This document shows positions 48,944-58,582 of a DNA stretch of 64,000 bases, in pieces; position 1 is the stretch's first letter; every line of letters begins with the position of its first letter. Source of the stretch: an uncultured Chloroflexia bacterium (GTDB taxonomy: Bacteria > Chloroflexota > Limnocylindria > Limnocylindrales > CSP1-4); the NCBI GenBank assembly GCA_963813535.1, contig CAWEZH010000003.1, forward strand, positions 672,001-736,000, written 5' to 3'. The notes beneath the pieces were generated by a model. That model saw only the letters and a list, made by a program, of their open reading frames with translations, searched no databases and was not told the DNA's origin. The translations under genes were made by a program, and so were the position numbers.

Positions 48944-49969
48944 ATGCAGGCCCTCGTCAAGACTGCGGCCGGACCCGGGGTCGAGCTGCGCGACGTGCCG
49001 GAACCCGAGATGACCATCAACGACGTCCGCATCCGCGTCCGCAAGACCGGGATCTGCGGCACGGACCTGCACATCGTCGACTGGGACGCGTGGGCACAGA
49101 AGACCATCACGCCGCCCCTCATCGTCGGGCACGAGTTCGTCGGCGAGGTGCTCGAGGTCGGCAGCAACGTCCACGACATCGCGCCCGGCGACCTCGTCAG
49201 CGGCGAGGGACATGTCGTCTGCGGTCGATGCCGCCATTGCCGGGCCGGCCGCTGGCACCTGTGCGCCAATACGGTCGGCCTTGGCGTGCAGCGCGACGGT
49301 GCCTTCGCCGAGCAGGTGGTCCTGCCGGTGACGAACGTCTGGCACCACTGGCCGGGCATCGACGAGGAGGTCGCCGCGATCTTCGATCCGTTCGGCAACG
49401 CGGTCCACACCGCGCTCGCCTTCCCGGTCCTTGGCGAGGACGTCCTGGTCGTCGGGGCCGGCCCGATCGGGCTGATGGCCACAGCCGTCGCCCGACACGC
49501 CGGGGCTCGTCACATCGTCGTCAGCGAGCCGAACGAGACCCGCCGTGAGCTCGCGACACGGATGGGTGCGAGCCTCGTCGTGGACCCGCAGCGGCGTGAC
49601 CTCAAGGACGCTCAACGCGAGCTCGGGATGGTCGAGGGGTTCGACGTCGTCTTCGAGATGTCGGGCAACCCGGCGGCCCTGCGCGATGCGTTGGCGAGCA
49701 TGGCCCACGGCGCCGGGATGGCCATCCTCGGCATCCCGACAGAGGAGATCCCCATCGACATCAGCCGGATCGTGTTCGACCAGCTCCGGCTCCAGGGGAT
49801 CTACGGCCGGGAGATGTACGAGACGTGGTACAAGATGTCGGTGATGCTCCAGTCGGGCCTCGACATCCGGCCCGTGATCACGCATCGATTCGGCTACCGG
49901 GACCACGAGGCTGCGTTCGCGGCAGCCCGGAGCGGAGCGTCCGGCAAAGTGGTGATGGACTGGGCATGA
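48944..49969 (+). CDS. tdh: L-threonine 3-dehydrogenase
   Basis: [39 protein letters not shown]. Confidence 0.95.
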   Translation: MQALVKTAAGPGVELRDVPEPEMTINDVRIRVRKTGICGTDLHIVDWDAWAQKTITPPLIVGHEFVGEVLEVGSNVHDIAPGDLVSGEGHVVCGRCRHCRAGRWHLCANTVGLGVQRDGAFAEQVVLPVTNVWHHWPGIDEEVAAIFDPFGNAVHTALAFPVLGEDVLVVGAGPIGLMATAVARHAGARHIVVSEPNETRRELATRMGASLVVDPQRRDLKDAQRELGMVEGFDVVFEMSGNPAALRDALASMAHGAGMAILGIPTEEIPIDISRIVFDQLRLQGIYGREMYETWYKMSVMLQSGLDIRPVITHRFGYRDHEAAFAAARSGASGKVVMDWA

Positions 49970-49976
49970 CGGCGTC

Positions 49977-51203
49977 ATGACGACGACACCTCGCCCCGAC
50001 CCGCTGGCCTTCCTGGGCGATGAGGTCGCTGCCCTCCGCGAACGCCATCTGTACCGGGCGCTGCGGGTCATGTCGTCGGCCCAGGGCCCGATCGTGTCGA
50101 TCGATGGCGAGCGGCTGGTCAGCCTCTCATCGAACGACTACCTGGGCCTGACCCACCATCCACGGCTGCGCGAGGCCGCGCTCGCCGCGGTCCGCGAATT
50201 CGGCGTCGGGTCGGGCGCCGTCCGCACGATCGCCGGGACGATGTCGATGCACGAGGCGCTCGAATCGGAGCTCGCCGAGTTCAAGGGCACACCGGCCGTC
50301 CTCACGTTCCAGTCAGGCTTCACGGCCAACACCGGCGTGATCCCGACCATCACCGGCGAGACCGACCTGATCGTCAGCGACGGTCTCAACCACGCGTCGA
50401 TCATCGACGGCATGCGCCTGTCCAAGGCGCCCCGGAAGGTCTTCCCGCATGCCGACATCGAGGCGCTCAAGGCGATCCTGGACGAGGCGGTCGAGCACGG
50501 CCGCGAGGGGACCGGCGAGCCCTATCGGCTGATCCTCGTCGTCACCGACGGCGTCTTCTCGATGGACGGCGACATCGCGCCCTTGCCGGCCATCGTCGAG
50601 GCGGCGGAGTCGGTCGGCGCAGGTGTCTTCGTCGACGACGCCCACGCATCGGGAGTGCTGGGTCGCGACGGCCGAGGGACGGTCGACCACTTCGGTCTGC
50701 ACGGCCGGGTCGCGATCCAGGTGGGGACGCTCAGCAAGGCCGTCGGAGCGATGGGCGGCTATGTCGCGGGGAGCACCGCGCTGCGCGAGATCCTCACGCA
50801 GCGGGCGCGACCCTTCCTGTTCTCGACCTCCCACCCGCCGGCGGTCGTGGCCGCCTGCCGCGAAGCCATCAGGGTGATGCAGGAGGAACCCGAGCTTCTC
50901 GAACGCCTGTGGGTGAACACGCGTCGGTTCAAGTCGGAGCTGGCCCGCCTGGGCTTCGACACCGGTCGATCCGAAACGCCGATCACGCCGGTGATGATGG
51001 GCGACCCGGAGACCGCGATGCGGTTCAGCGACCGATTGATGGGCCAGGGCGTCTTCGCCCAGCCGGTGGTCTTCCCGACCGTGGCCCTCGATCAGGCTCG
51101 CATCCGGACGATCGTCACCGCGGCCCACGACGACGCGCAACTCGACCGGGCCCTCGACGCGTTCTCGACGGTCGGCCGCGAGCTCGGCGTGATCGCCGGG
51201 TGA
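49977..51203 (+). CDS. kbl: Glycine C-acetyltransferase
   Basis: SSNDYLGL, LNHASIIDG, DGVFSMDGD, DDAH, GTLSKA; adjacent to tdh. Confidence 0.9.
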   Translation: MTTTPRPDPLAFLGDEVAALRERHLYRALRVMSSAQGPIVSIDGERLVSLSSNDYLGLTHHPRLREAALAAVREFGVGSGAVRTIAGTMSMHEALESELAEFKGTPAVLTFQSGFTANTGVIPTITGETDLIVSDGLNHASIIDGMRLSKAPRKVFPHADIEALKAILDEAVEHGREGTGEPYRLILVVTDGVFSMDGDIAPLPAIVEAAESVGAGVFVDDAHASGVLGRDGRGTVDHFGLHGRVAIQVGTLSKAVGAMGGYVAGSTALREILTQRARPFLFSTSHPPAVVAACREAIRVMQEEPELLERLWVNTRRFKSELARLGFDTGRSETPITPVMMGDPETAMRFSDRLMGQGVFAQPVVFPTVALDQARIRTIVTAAHDDAQLDRALDAFSTVGRELGVIAG

Positions 51204-51204
51204 G

Positions 51205-52101
51205 GTGGCCGGGGGACGGCCGTTGACCGATCGACAGGCGCGCGACCTCCCGCTCGATGCGCACCTCCATACCGACCTGTCACCGGACAGCGACGTGCCG
51301 ATCGACGCGTTCGCGGCACAAGCCGTCGAGCGGGGCATCCCCGAGATCGCGATCACCGACCATGTCGACTTCGAGCCCGGCGCGCCGGCGTACCGATTCA
51401 CGACGTTCGAGCAACGCGAGCGGATCGTCCGTGAGGCCGCCGAGCGCTGGGCCGATCGCGGCATCGCGATCCGGTTCGGCGTCGAGTTGACGTACGACCG
51501 CGCATGGGAGGCCGACATCCGCGACCACCTCATGCATCACGCGTATGACTTCACGATCGGGTCGTGGCACGACCGTGTCGGCTCGGTCTACAGCCAGCTG
51601 TCGGTCGCGAGCTGGGTGGCCGGTCGTTCCCTCGCAGAGATCGTCCAGCCGGCGTTCGACGAGGTCGTCGCCGCCGCTCGGTCCCAGCTCTTCGACACGA
51701 TCGGGCACATCGACGTCGTCAAGCGCTATCTCGCGCCGCACGTGACGGCGGACGACCTGGCCGCGGCTCCGGAGCTGTACGAACCGATCCTCGAAGCGCT
51801 CGTCGACAGCGGGACCGCGCTCGAGATCAATACGAGCGGGTTGCGCCAGGAGTCCGGCGAGATGTATCCGCGTCCGGCCATCGTCGCCCGGTACCACGAG
51901 CTCGGCGGCGAGCGCATCACGATCGGCTCGGACGCACATCGAACCCACACATTCGCATGGGCACTCGATGAGGGCTACGCGGCCGCCGTCGCAGCCGGGT
52001 TCGAGACGCTGTCGTTCCGTCGCAAGGGCGGACCGGTCGCCGTTCCGATCGAGCGCTCGGTCGGGTCATCACGTCGTCCGCTACCCTCGGCACATGGCTG
52101 A
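51205..52101 (+). CDS. PHP-family histidinol-phosphatase-like protein
   Basis: DAHLHT, ITDH, GVE, GSWH, GHID, EINTSG, GSDAH. Confidence 0.88.
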   Translation: MAGGRPLTDRQARDLPLDAHLHTDLSPDSDVPIDAFAAQAVERGIPEIAITDHVDFEPGAPAYRFTTFEQRERIVREAAERWADRGIAIRFGVELTYDRAWEADIRDHLMHHAYDFTIGSWHDRVGSVYSQLSVASWVAGRSLAEIVQPAFDEVVAAARSQLFDTIGHIDVVKRYLAPHVTADDLAAAPELYEPILEALVDSGTALEINTSGLRQESGEMYPRPAIVARYHELGGERITIGSDAHRTHTFAWALDEGYAAAVAAGFETLSFRRKGGPVAVPIERSVGSSRRPLPSAHG

Positions 52102-52867
52102 CGGAGGGACCCGACTCGAGGTCGACGTGCTCGGCGCGGGCCCGGCCTACTCGGATCAGGTGGGCTCCGCGGGCGCCTCCTACCTGGTCAGATCCGGCTC
52201 GACGGCCATGGTGCTGGACCTCGGTCAGGGATCGTTCCCTCGCCTCGCGGCGACCATCGAGCCGAGCACCCTCGATGCCGTCGTCATCAGTCACCTCCAC
52301 CCGGACCACTTCGTCGATCTCGTGGCGCTGCGTCACTACCTCCAGTGGCAGTTCCGGCCGGAGCGTCACGTCCGGGTGCTCGCGCCGGGCGGTCTGGAGC
52401 AACGCCTCGACGCGCTCCATGACGAACCGGGGTTCACCGCGGCCACGCTCGACGTCGAGTCGATCGACGCGTCGGTCGGCGGACCGGTCGAGATCGGCGA
52501 CATCCGACTCGAGGCCGTCCGGGTGACCCACACGGATGACAGTCACGCCTTCCGCGTGTCGCTGGCTGATGGGGTGGGGCTCGTCTATTCCGGCGATTGC
52601 GGACGCGCCGACGATCTGGCGCCGCTCATCCGACGCGGGGACGTCCTGCTCTCCGAGGTGTCGTTCGGGCCAGGACCCGTGCCGTACGACGCCCTCCACC
52701 TCGACGGCCCATCGGTCGGGACGCTGGCTGCGCGGACGGGTGTCGCTCGCGTCCTGCTCACGCATCTCCAGATGGGCTACGACCCGGACGCGACGTTGGC
52801 GGCGGTCGCGTCGCGATACGACGGCTCGATCGAGTTCGTCGAGCCGGGCACGCGTCTCGTGATCTAG
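52094..52867 (+). CDS. MBL-fold metallo-hydrolase
   Basis: SHLHPDH, YSGD, LLTH. Confidence 0.9.
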   Translation: MADGGTRLEVDVLGAGPAYSDQVGSAGASYLVRSGSTAMVLDLGQGSFPRLAATIEPSTLDAVVISHLHPDHFVDLVALRHYLQWQFRPERHVRVLAPGGLEQRLDALHDEPGFTAATLDVESIDASVGGPVEIGDIRLEAVRVTHTDDSHAFRVSLADGVGLVYSGDCGRADDLAPLIRRGDVLLSEVSFGPGPVPYDALHLDGPSVGTLAARTGVARVLLTHLQMGYDPDATLAAVASRYDGSIEFVEPGTRLVI

Positions 52868-53058
52868 CCCCCAGTCCCTCCGGACGCCGGGAACGGCCCC
52901 GGACATGGATCGACCGGGCAGCCAGGTGAGTGGCAGACCCGGTCGAGTCGGATTCGAGACGGTGGACGGAGCACCGCACGGACAGCGCGGCGCTCCGTCC
53001 GGGTCTCGGGGACCCCAACTGAAGCTCGAGCGCGGGATGTGATCCCACATTGCCCGAG
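52868..53058 (-). ncRNA. Candidate structured ncRNA
   Basis: Three consecutive long hairpins, G-U pairs favouring the minus strand, upstream promoter-like element. Confidence 0.5.
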
Positions 53059-53164
53059 GCCGCGGATGGTCCCATGGGTCAGGGGTCCACGTCTAGTACT
53101 TTCGACCCCCTCCGGTGCCGTCGGGCACCGCGCCCTCTGGTGACCGATCCCTTCGTGACATGGT

Positions 53165-53196
53165 GACGACCGCCGCCCGATCGGGCGGCGGTCGTC
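53165..53196 (-). terminator. 32-bp perfect palindrome downstream of the surface-protein gene
   Basis: GACGACCGCCGCCCGA|TCGGGCGGCGGTCGTC. Confidence 0.7.
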
Positions 53197-53231
53197 GGGT
53201 GCTCGGACCGGTGCGGCTCGGACGCCCCGGG

Positions 53232-54344
53232 TCAGCGAGCGCTGTCCCCCTTGCGAACCCGAGCTGGCGTCAGCACCAGCGCGGCGGTCAGCAGGCCGGC
53301 CATCCCGAGGAGGATGAGCCGCCAGGGGTCACCAGCGGGCGCCGAGGAGGCGACGCCCGTGGTGTCGGTGGCCGGCAGGGTTGCCCTCGAGGTCGCGGCC
53401 GGTGTACCGGTCGCTGGCCCGACGCCCCCCGTCGGCTCTTCTGCGGGGCTGTTGTTGACGATGACGATGGTGAGGCTGAGCTCCTGCTCGCCCTCGTTGG
53501 GCATGCACTCGACGAGCCCGCTCACATCCCAGATGCAGGTGAGCGACGGATCGACGTTCAGCTCGACGAGGATCGGCTCGCTGCCGTCGAAGCCAGCAGG
53601 CACGGTCGACTCGACGATCCAGTACATGCCCTCATCGAGCAGGTCCGTGTCGAGCAGGCCGCCGGTGGCCGCCGCGGGTCCGAACACCTTGGTGTCCGCG
53701 CCGGACTCGAAGACCTCGTCTCCATCGTCGGCCCAGACCTCGAACGACGCTCCGTCGAGGAGCACGTCGTCGGCCTCGGTCGCGGTTCCCTTGTCATCGA
53801 GCTTCGCGATCAGGATGCTCGCCTGATCGGTCTCCTCGGACGGCGGGGGCGTGGGCGTCGGGACGGGCGTGGGGGTCGGGGTCGGGACAGGTGTCGGGGT
53901 CGGCGTCGGGACAGGTGTCGGCGTAGGCGTCGGCACCGGTGTCGGCGTGGGCGTGGGCTGCACGCAGGCGCCGATCTGGAGCTCGAACTCCCTGGTCCAC
54001 CCGCGGTTGCCCGTCGGGTCGTCCCAGGCGGTGATCTCGACCGTCGCCGTGTGCGCCTGCGTCGCCGGCGTCACCGCGATGGTCTTCGAGAACGACGCAC
54101 CGAACGAGAACGGCGAACCCGCCACATCGACGTCGTCGATCGACACGTCGACCGAGTTCGTGCCATTGCTGTTGTACTGGGTGAGGTTGATGACCAGTCC
54201 GCCCTGGCAGGTGAGTGACACGTTGGGCGTGTGCGCCGAGACGGCCGTGGGCGCCAGGAGCGCGACGGCGGTCAGCGCGGCGACGGCCAGCCACGACACA
54301 CGTCGGGCCAGGCGCGAGCGGACACGCGCAGGAGCTGATGTCAT
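53232..54344 (-). CDS. Secreted Pro/Thr-rich surface protein with a prealbumin/SpaA-like domain and LPATD-TM-basic tail
   Basis: Signal peptide; PTPTPV repeats; IAKLD..LDGASFEV..GMYWIVESTVPAGF; TLPATDT..TM..RVRK. Confidence 0.8.
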   Translation of the reverse strand: MTSAPARVRSRLARRVSWLAVAALTAVALLAPTAVSAHTPNVSLTCQGGLVINLTQYNSNGTNSVDVSIDDVDVAGSPFSFGASFSKTIAVTPATQAHTATVEITAWDDPTGNRGWTREFELQIGACVQPTPTPTPVPTPTPTPVPTPTPTPVPTPTPTPVPTPTPPPSEETDQASILIAKLDDKGTATEADDVLLDGASFEVWADDGDEVFESGADTKVFGPAAATGGLLDTDLLDEGMYWIVESTVPAGFDGSEPILVELNVDPSLTCIWDVSGLVECMPNEGEQELSLTIVIVNNSPAEEPTGGVGPATGTPAATSRATLPATDTTGVASSAPAGDPWRLILLGMAGLLTAALVLTPARVRKGDSAR

Positions 54345-54610
54345 GTGACGGTTCCCCGAGCAGAGGCCGGAGCCTCGGTTGGATGGATCTCGCGTCGGTG
54401 GCTTCCCCCGGTGGTGTCCGTGCACCGGCGCGAGAGGCCGGATATTCCCATGAGGGTCCTGGCCGGTCTAGTACCTCTGGCGGCCGACCACCACACCAGT
54501 CCCTCCCCCACCGCCCAGGGGACGGCGAATTCGTTGCTGCCCAGCAACGAACGGTCCTGCCGGCGGCCTGGTACCTCCGGTGTCCGACCGACCCAAGTAC
54601 GATGCAGCGC

Positions 54611-56294
54611 GTGATCCCACCCGCGCTCCGCACCCAGATCCGCCGCGCCGTCCAGGACGCCTGGGAGCGCGCGATCGCGGAGGGTGCGCTCTCGACCCTC
54701 GATGACGCAGCACGTCCCGTCGTGGAGGTCGAACGACCGGCCAAACCGGAGCACGGGGACTTCGCGACGAACCTGGCGATGAAGCTCGCCCGACCGTACA
54801 GACGGGCGCCGCTCGAGCTCGCCACGTTGCTGGCGGCCAAGATGGTCCGAGACGGCTCCGCGCCGGCGGCGACGTCGCCGGTCGAAGCGGTCGAGGTCGC
54901 CCCGCCCGGCTTTCTCAACGTCCGCGTGCGCGCCGGGGCGCTCGAGGCCATGGTCGACGGCATCCTTGCCGAGCCCGATGCGTGGGGACACGTGGATGCG
55001 CTCTCGACGCGGTCGGTCAACGTCGAGTTCGTATCGGCCAACCCGACCGGGCCGCTGACCATCGGCAATGCCCGAGGCGCGTTCATCGGCGATCTGCTCA
55101 GCCGTGTGCTCGAGGCGGGCGGCCAGCGTGTGACGCGCGAGTACTACTTCAACGACTCAGGCGCGCAGATCGACAACCTCGGTGCGTCTGTCGTCGCCAT
55201 CCGGCGAGGCGATCCGATCCCGGAGGAGGGCTACCAGGGCGCGTATGTCAGCGACCTCGCCGCCGAGCGTGCCGGACGATGTGTGGGCTGCGGCCAACGC
55301 GTCGGGCGCCGATCCGGCAGCGGAGATCGGGCACTGGGCCGCGGGCGAGATCCGCGCCCAGATCGAAGCGAGCCTGGAACGGCTCGGTGTCCATTTCGAT
55401 GTCTGGACGAGCGAGGGCCGCTTGCACGCCGAGGGCTGGGTCGGGCGCGCCGTCGAGCGACTCCGCGAGCGTGGCCACGTCTACGAAGAGGACGAGGCGA
55501 CGTGGTTCCGATCGACCGCATTCGGGGACGACAAGGATCGGGTCATCTACCGGGCTGATGGCCGTCCGACCTACTTCGCGGCCGACATCGGCTACGTCAC
55601 CGAGAAGTTCAGCCGCGGGTTCGACCACCTCATCTACGTCTGGGGGGCGGATCACCACGGGACGGTCGCGCGGGTCCGCAATGCGGCCGAGGCGATGGGC
55701 TACGACCCCGCGGCTGTGCAGGTGCTTCTCTATTCATGGGTCCGCTTCGTGCGCGACGGCGTCGAGGTGTCGATGTCGAAGCGGGCGGGGGAGTTCATCA
55801 CCCTCGACGAACTGCTGGCCGAGGTCGGGGTCGACGCCGCTCGCTGGTTCTTCGCCTCACGCGCAGCCACGACAGCCATCGATTTCGACATCGAGCTTGC
55901 CAAGAAGCAGTCGAACGAGAACCCGGTCTTCTACGTGCAGTACGCACACGCCCGCATCGCATCGATCCTGCGCAAGGCCGCGGACGCCGGCCTGACGCCG
56001 GCCACGACCGTCGCCGGCACGCTGTCGACCGGGCCCGAGGCCGCCCTGGCGCGGGCCATCGTGCGTCTGCCCGAGGTCATCGAGGACGCCGTCGCCGACG
56101 AGGAGACCCACGGCATCACGGCCTACGCGACCGAGCTCGCGACGGCGTTCCATGCCTTCTACCGCGATGCCCGCGTCGTCGACCCGGACAACCCGGAGCG
56201 GTCGGCATCGCGCCTCGCACTCGCGCGTGCCGCACAGCTCACGCTCGCGCGCACGCTCGGGCTCCTCGGGATCTCGGCGCCCGAGTCGATGTGA
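54611..56294 (+). CDS. argS: Arginyl-tRNA synthetase (frameshift near 55265)
   Basis: HGDFATN, EFVSANPTGPL.IG, GDDKDRV, GADHHG, MSKRAG, YVQYAHAR. Confidence 0.95.
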
Positions 56295-56328
56295 TGATCG
56301 ACGCGGGCCGCGGCCCGCGGGTCGGGAG

Positions 56329-57606
56329 CTAGCCCGCCAGACCGAGGACGCCGGCGACCTTCTGCAGGGCGGCGTCGTCGCTGCCGATGACCACCCAGCG
56401 GGTCGTGCCGCCGGCACCGGGCAGGACCGACCCCGGACCGCCGGCCTTCTCGACCGCGCTCTTGGCGGTGACCTCGAACTCGGCAGCGTCATCTTCGGTA
56501 TCCCACACCGTGTGCCAGGCGACCGCCCAGGCATCGCTGGGACCGCCAAGCAGCGTGATGCGGTCGCCGCCCCAACCGGCGGCGGCGTCGGTGGCAGCCG
56601 CGATCGTCCCCGATCCGAGCCAGATGGCCGTCTGGTGCTCGCCCATCGTCTCCTCGTCGACGACCGACCAGCCAGTGCCCATCTTGCTCGCCAGGTCGTC
56701 CGCAAGGTCGACCGCCATCGGCGCTTCCCGGCTCTGGTACTTCTCGGGGTGGAGGACCTGCTCGGTCGACTTTGGCGGGTCCCCGAACGCCGCGTCGACG
56801 GCCTCCCAGCCACCGGCCACCTGCATGCCGGCGACGAACTGGGTGCCCTGCAACGCAGAGAACATCAGTTGCGCGGCGACGATCGGTGGGATCTTGTCGA
56901 GGGCGGCCTGTGCCTCCGGGTCTGCCGAGGCCTCCAGCACTTCCGTTAGCTCCGCAGGCGTCAGGTTCTGCTGGAGCCAGTAGGTCATGAGCACGTACGC
57001 ATCGCCCTCCACGAGGGATTGACGCCCGAGCGCTTCGTCCGTCTGGTCGTCGAGTCCCTCGGTGATCGCCTCGAGGTCGTAGTTCTGGTCCTGGAGGGCG
57101 TGGTCGTACTCGTGTGAGTAGTAGACCTTCTCGACCGCTCCGACCCCACCCGCCTTCGACACGACGTAGAGCCGCTCCTCGACCGGGTCGTACAGGCCGG
57201 CGACCTGGCTCGACAGCAGCTCGATGTAGACGTCGGCGAGCTTGTCGTCCTTCGGCAGCAGCCCGAGTGCGTGGTACATGCGCTCGTCGGCGGCGACCTG
57301 GTCGGGCGGGTAGTCCTTTTGGAACGACGTGCGCAGCACCTCGGTCATCTCCTCGGGTGAGACGACGGTCGGTTCGACGGGCTTCTTTTCCTCGAGGCCG
57401 CGGATGGCCCGGACCTGCTCGTTGATCTCGGCGTACACGGTGGCGAGGTCCGGCGAGCCGGATGGGCTCGGCGTCGCGCCGGAGCCCGACGGTGTCGGCG
57501 GCGCGGAGGGACTGGCTGACGGGGATGGGGCGGCGTTGCCGCACGCCACGACGATGAGGGCGAGGACGGCGATCGACACGATCGACCGGGGAAAGATTCG
57601 ATCCAT
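56329..57606 (-). CDS. Lipoprotein with HExxH motif (putative zinc metallopeptidase-like surface protein)
   Basis: Lipobox VVAC; AGLYDP, HEYDHALQDQ, EGDA, PKSTEQVLHP, GWGGD. Confidence 0.8.
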   Translation of the reverse strand: MDRIFPRSIVSIAVLALIVVACGNAAPSPSASPSAPPTPSGSGATPSPSGSPDLATVYAEINEQVRAIRGLEEKKPVEPTVVSPEEMTEVLRTSFQKDYPPDQVAADERMYHALGLLPKDDKLADVYIELLSSQVAGLYDPVEERLYVVSKAGGVGAVEKVYYSHEYDHALQDQNYDLEAITEGLDDQTDEALGRQSLVEGDAYVLMTYWLQQNLTPAELTEVLEASADPEAQAALDKIPPIVAAQLMFSALQGTQFVAGMQVAGGWEAVDAAFGDPPKSTEQVLHPEKYQSREAPMAVDLADDLASKMGTGWSVVDEETMGEHQTAIWLGSGTIAAATDAAAGWGGDRITLLGGPSDAWAVAWHTVWDTEDDAAEFEVTAKSAVEKAGGPGSVLPGAGGTTRWVVIGSDDAALQKVAGVLGLAG

Positions 57607-57712
57607 GACCCGATCGTACACGCGGCCGAGATAGCGCCCGGACGCACGGTCGGTATCGCTTTCTTAACCGGTTGCCGTCTCGACCGTGAATCAGGGCGCC
57701 GTAGCGTAGCGA

Positions 57713-57791
57713 TCGGACGAACCCTCAGGGTTCCATCCTCCCTCCCTCCGACCGGGGGCGCCGATTGGGCAGGCGCTCCCGGTCTTTCTCT
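57713..57791 (+). ncRNA. Candidate sRNA with a C-rich anti-SD tract
   Basis: TCGACC/TAGCGT promoter-like hexamers, short hairpin, CCTCCCTCCCTCC, intrinsic terminator. Confidence 0.55.
57750..57791 (+). terminator. Intrinsic terminator
   Basis: GACCGGGGGCGCC-9nt-GGCGCTCCCGGTC followed by TTTCTCT. Confidence 0.8.
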
Positions 57792-57874
57792 GTCCGGCAT
57801 TTGCTCCACCGAGGTCCGAGGGGGAGCTCCGCGACCCCATCGGCCCGAGGTCCGCTGTGTCAGAATCGGGCCTC

Positions 57875-58555
57875 ATGGAACTGACCTGGTACGGCCGGAC
57901 GTGCGTCCGTCTGCGCGGCAAGGACGCCGTCGTCGTCGCCGACCCCTATCAATCCGTGGTCGGCCCGACCGGCCGCGGGATCACCGGCGACATCGTGACG
58001 TTCAGCCACCCCGATGACGCGCCCGTCGCTCGCGGCAAGCCCAAGGGCAAGCTGTCACGCGACGGGTCGACACTCATCCCCTCGAGCCTGGATGCGGCGT
58101 TCGTGCTCGACGGGCCCGGTGAATACGAGGTCAAGGAGGTGCTGGTCACCGGCGTCCGCACCTACCGCGACGACGCCAAGGGTGCCGAGCACGGCAAGGG
58201 CGTTTCGTTCGTCGTCGAGGTCGACGGGGTCCATACGATCCACCTCGGCGAGATCGGCCATCTCCTCTCGGAGGAGAAGCTCGGCGACATCGGCCAGGTT
58301 GATATCGCGTGCGTGCCCCTCGGGGGAACCCTCAGTCCGACCAAGGCCGCGGCACTGATGGCCCAGCTCGACCCCAAGATCGTCGTGCCCATGACCCTGT
58401 GCGACGACGACGCCGACTGCGCCGAGGCGCTCGCCAAGTTCTTCCACGAGATGGGCGCCGAGCCCGTCACGCAGCCGAAGCTGTCCGTGACGTCGTCGAG
58501 CCTGCCGGGGGAGACGATGACCGTCCTCCTGGAGTCGCGCGGCAAGCAGCCCTAG
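57875..58555 (+). CDS. MBL-fold hydrolase (Lactamase_B_3-like)
   Basis: LTWYGRTC, DPY, SH, DGPGEYEV, HLGE, PKIVVPM. Confidence 0.85.
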   Translation: MELTWYGRTCVRLRGKDAVVVADPYQSVVGPTGRGITGDIVTFSHPDDAPVARGKPKGKLSRDGSTLIPSSLDAAFVLDGPGEYEVKEVLVTGVRTYRDDAKGAEHGKGVSFVVEVDGVHTIHLGEIGHLLSEEKLGDIGQVDIACVPLGGTLSPTKAAALMAQLDPKIVVPMTLCDDDADCAEALAKFFHEMGAEPVTQPKLSVTSSSLPGETMTVLLESRGKQP

Positions 58556-58582
58556 CCGTCGAACGCAGGCCCCGGGCACGGC

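Noticed and set aside
52868-53058. 6S RNA assignment
   Set aside because: The fold appears multi-branched rather than one rod with a central bubble; needs a CM search to exclude
54345-54440. c-di-GMP riboswitch in the surface-protein leader
   Set aside because: Only a short GCTCCGGCCT resemblance; the GCAAA/GNRA elements are absent
54480-54610. T-box upstream of argS
   Set aside because: No T-box consensus; a -10 box sits 7 nt before the GTG start
55250-55280. Programmed frameshift in argS
   Set aside because: No slippery site, and similar indels occur in unrelated genes
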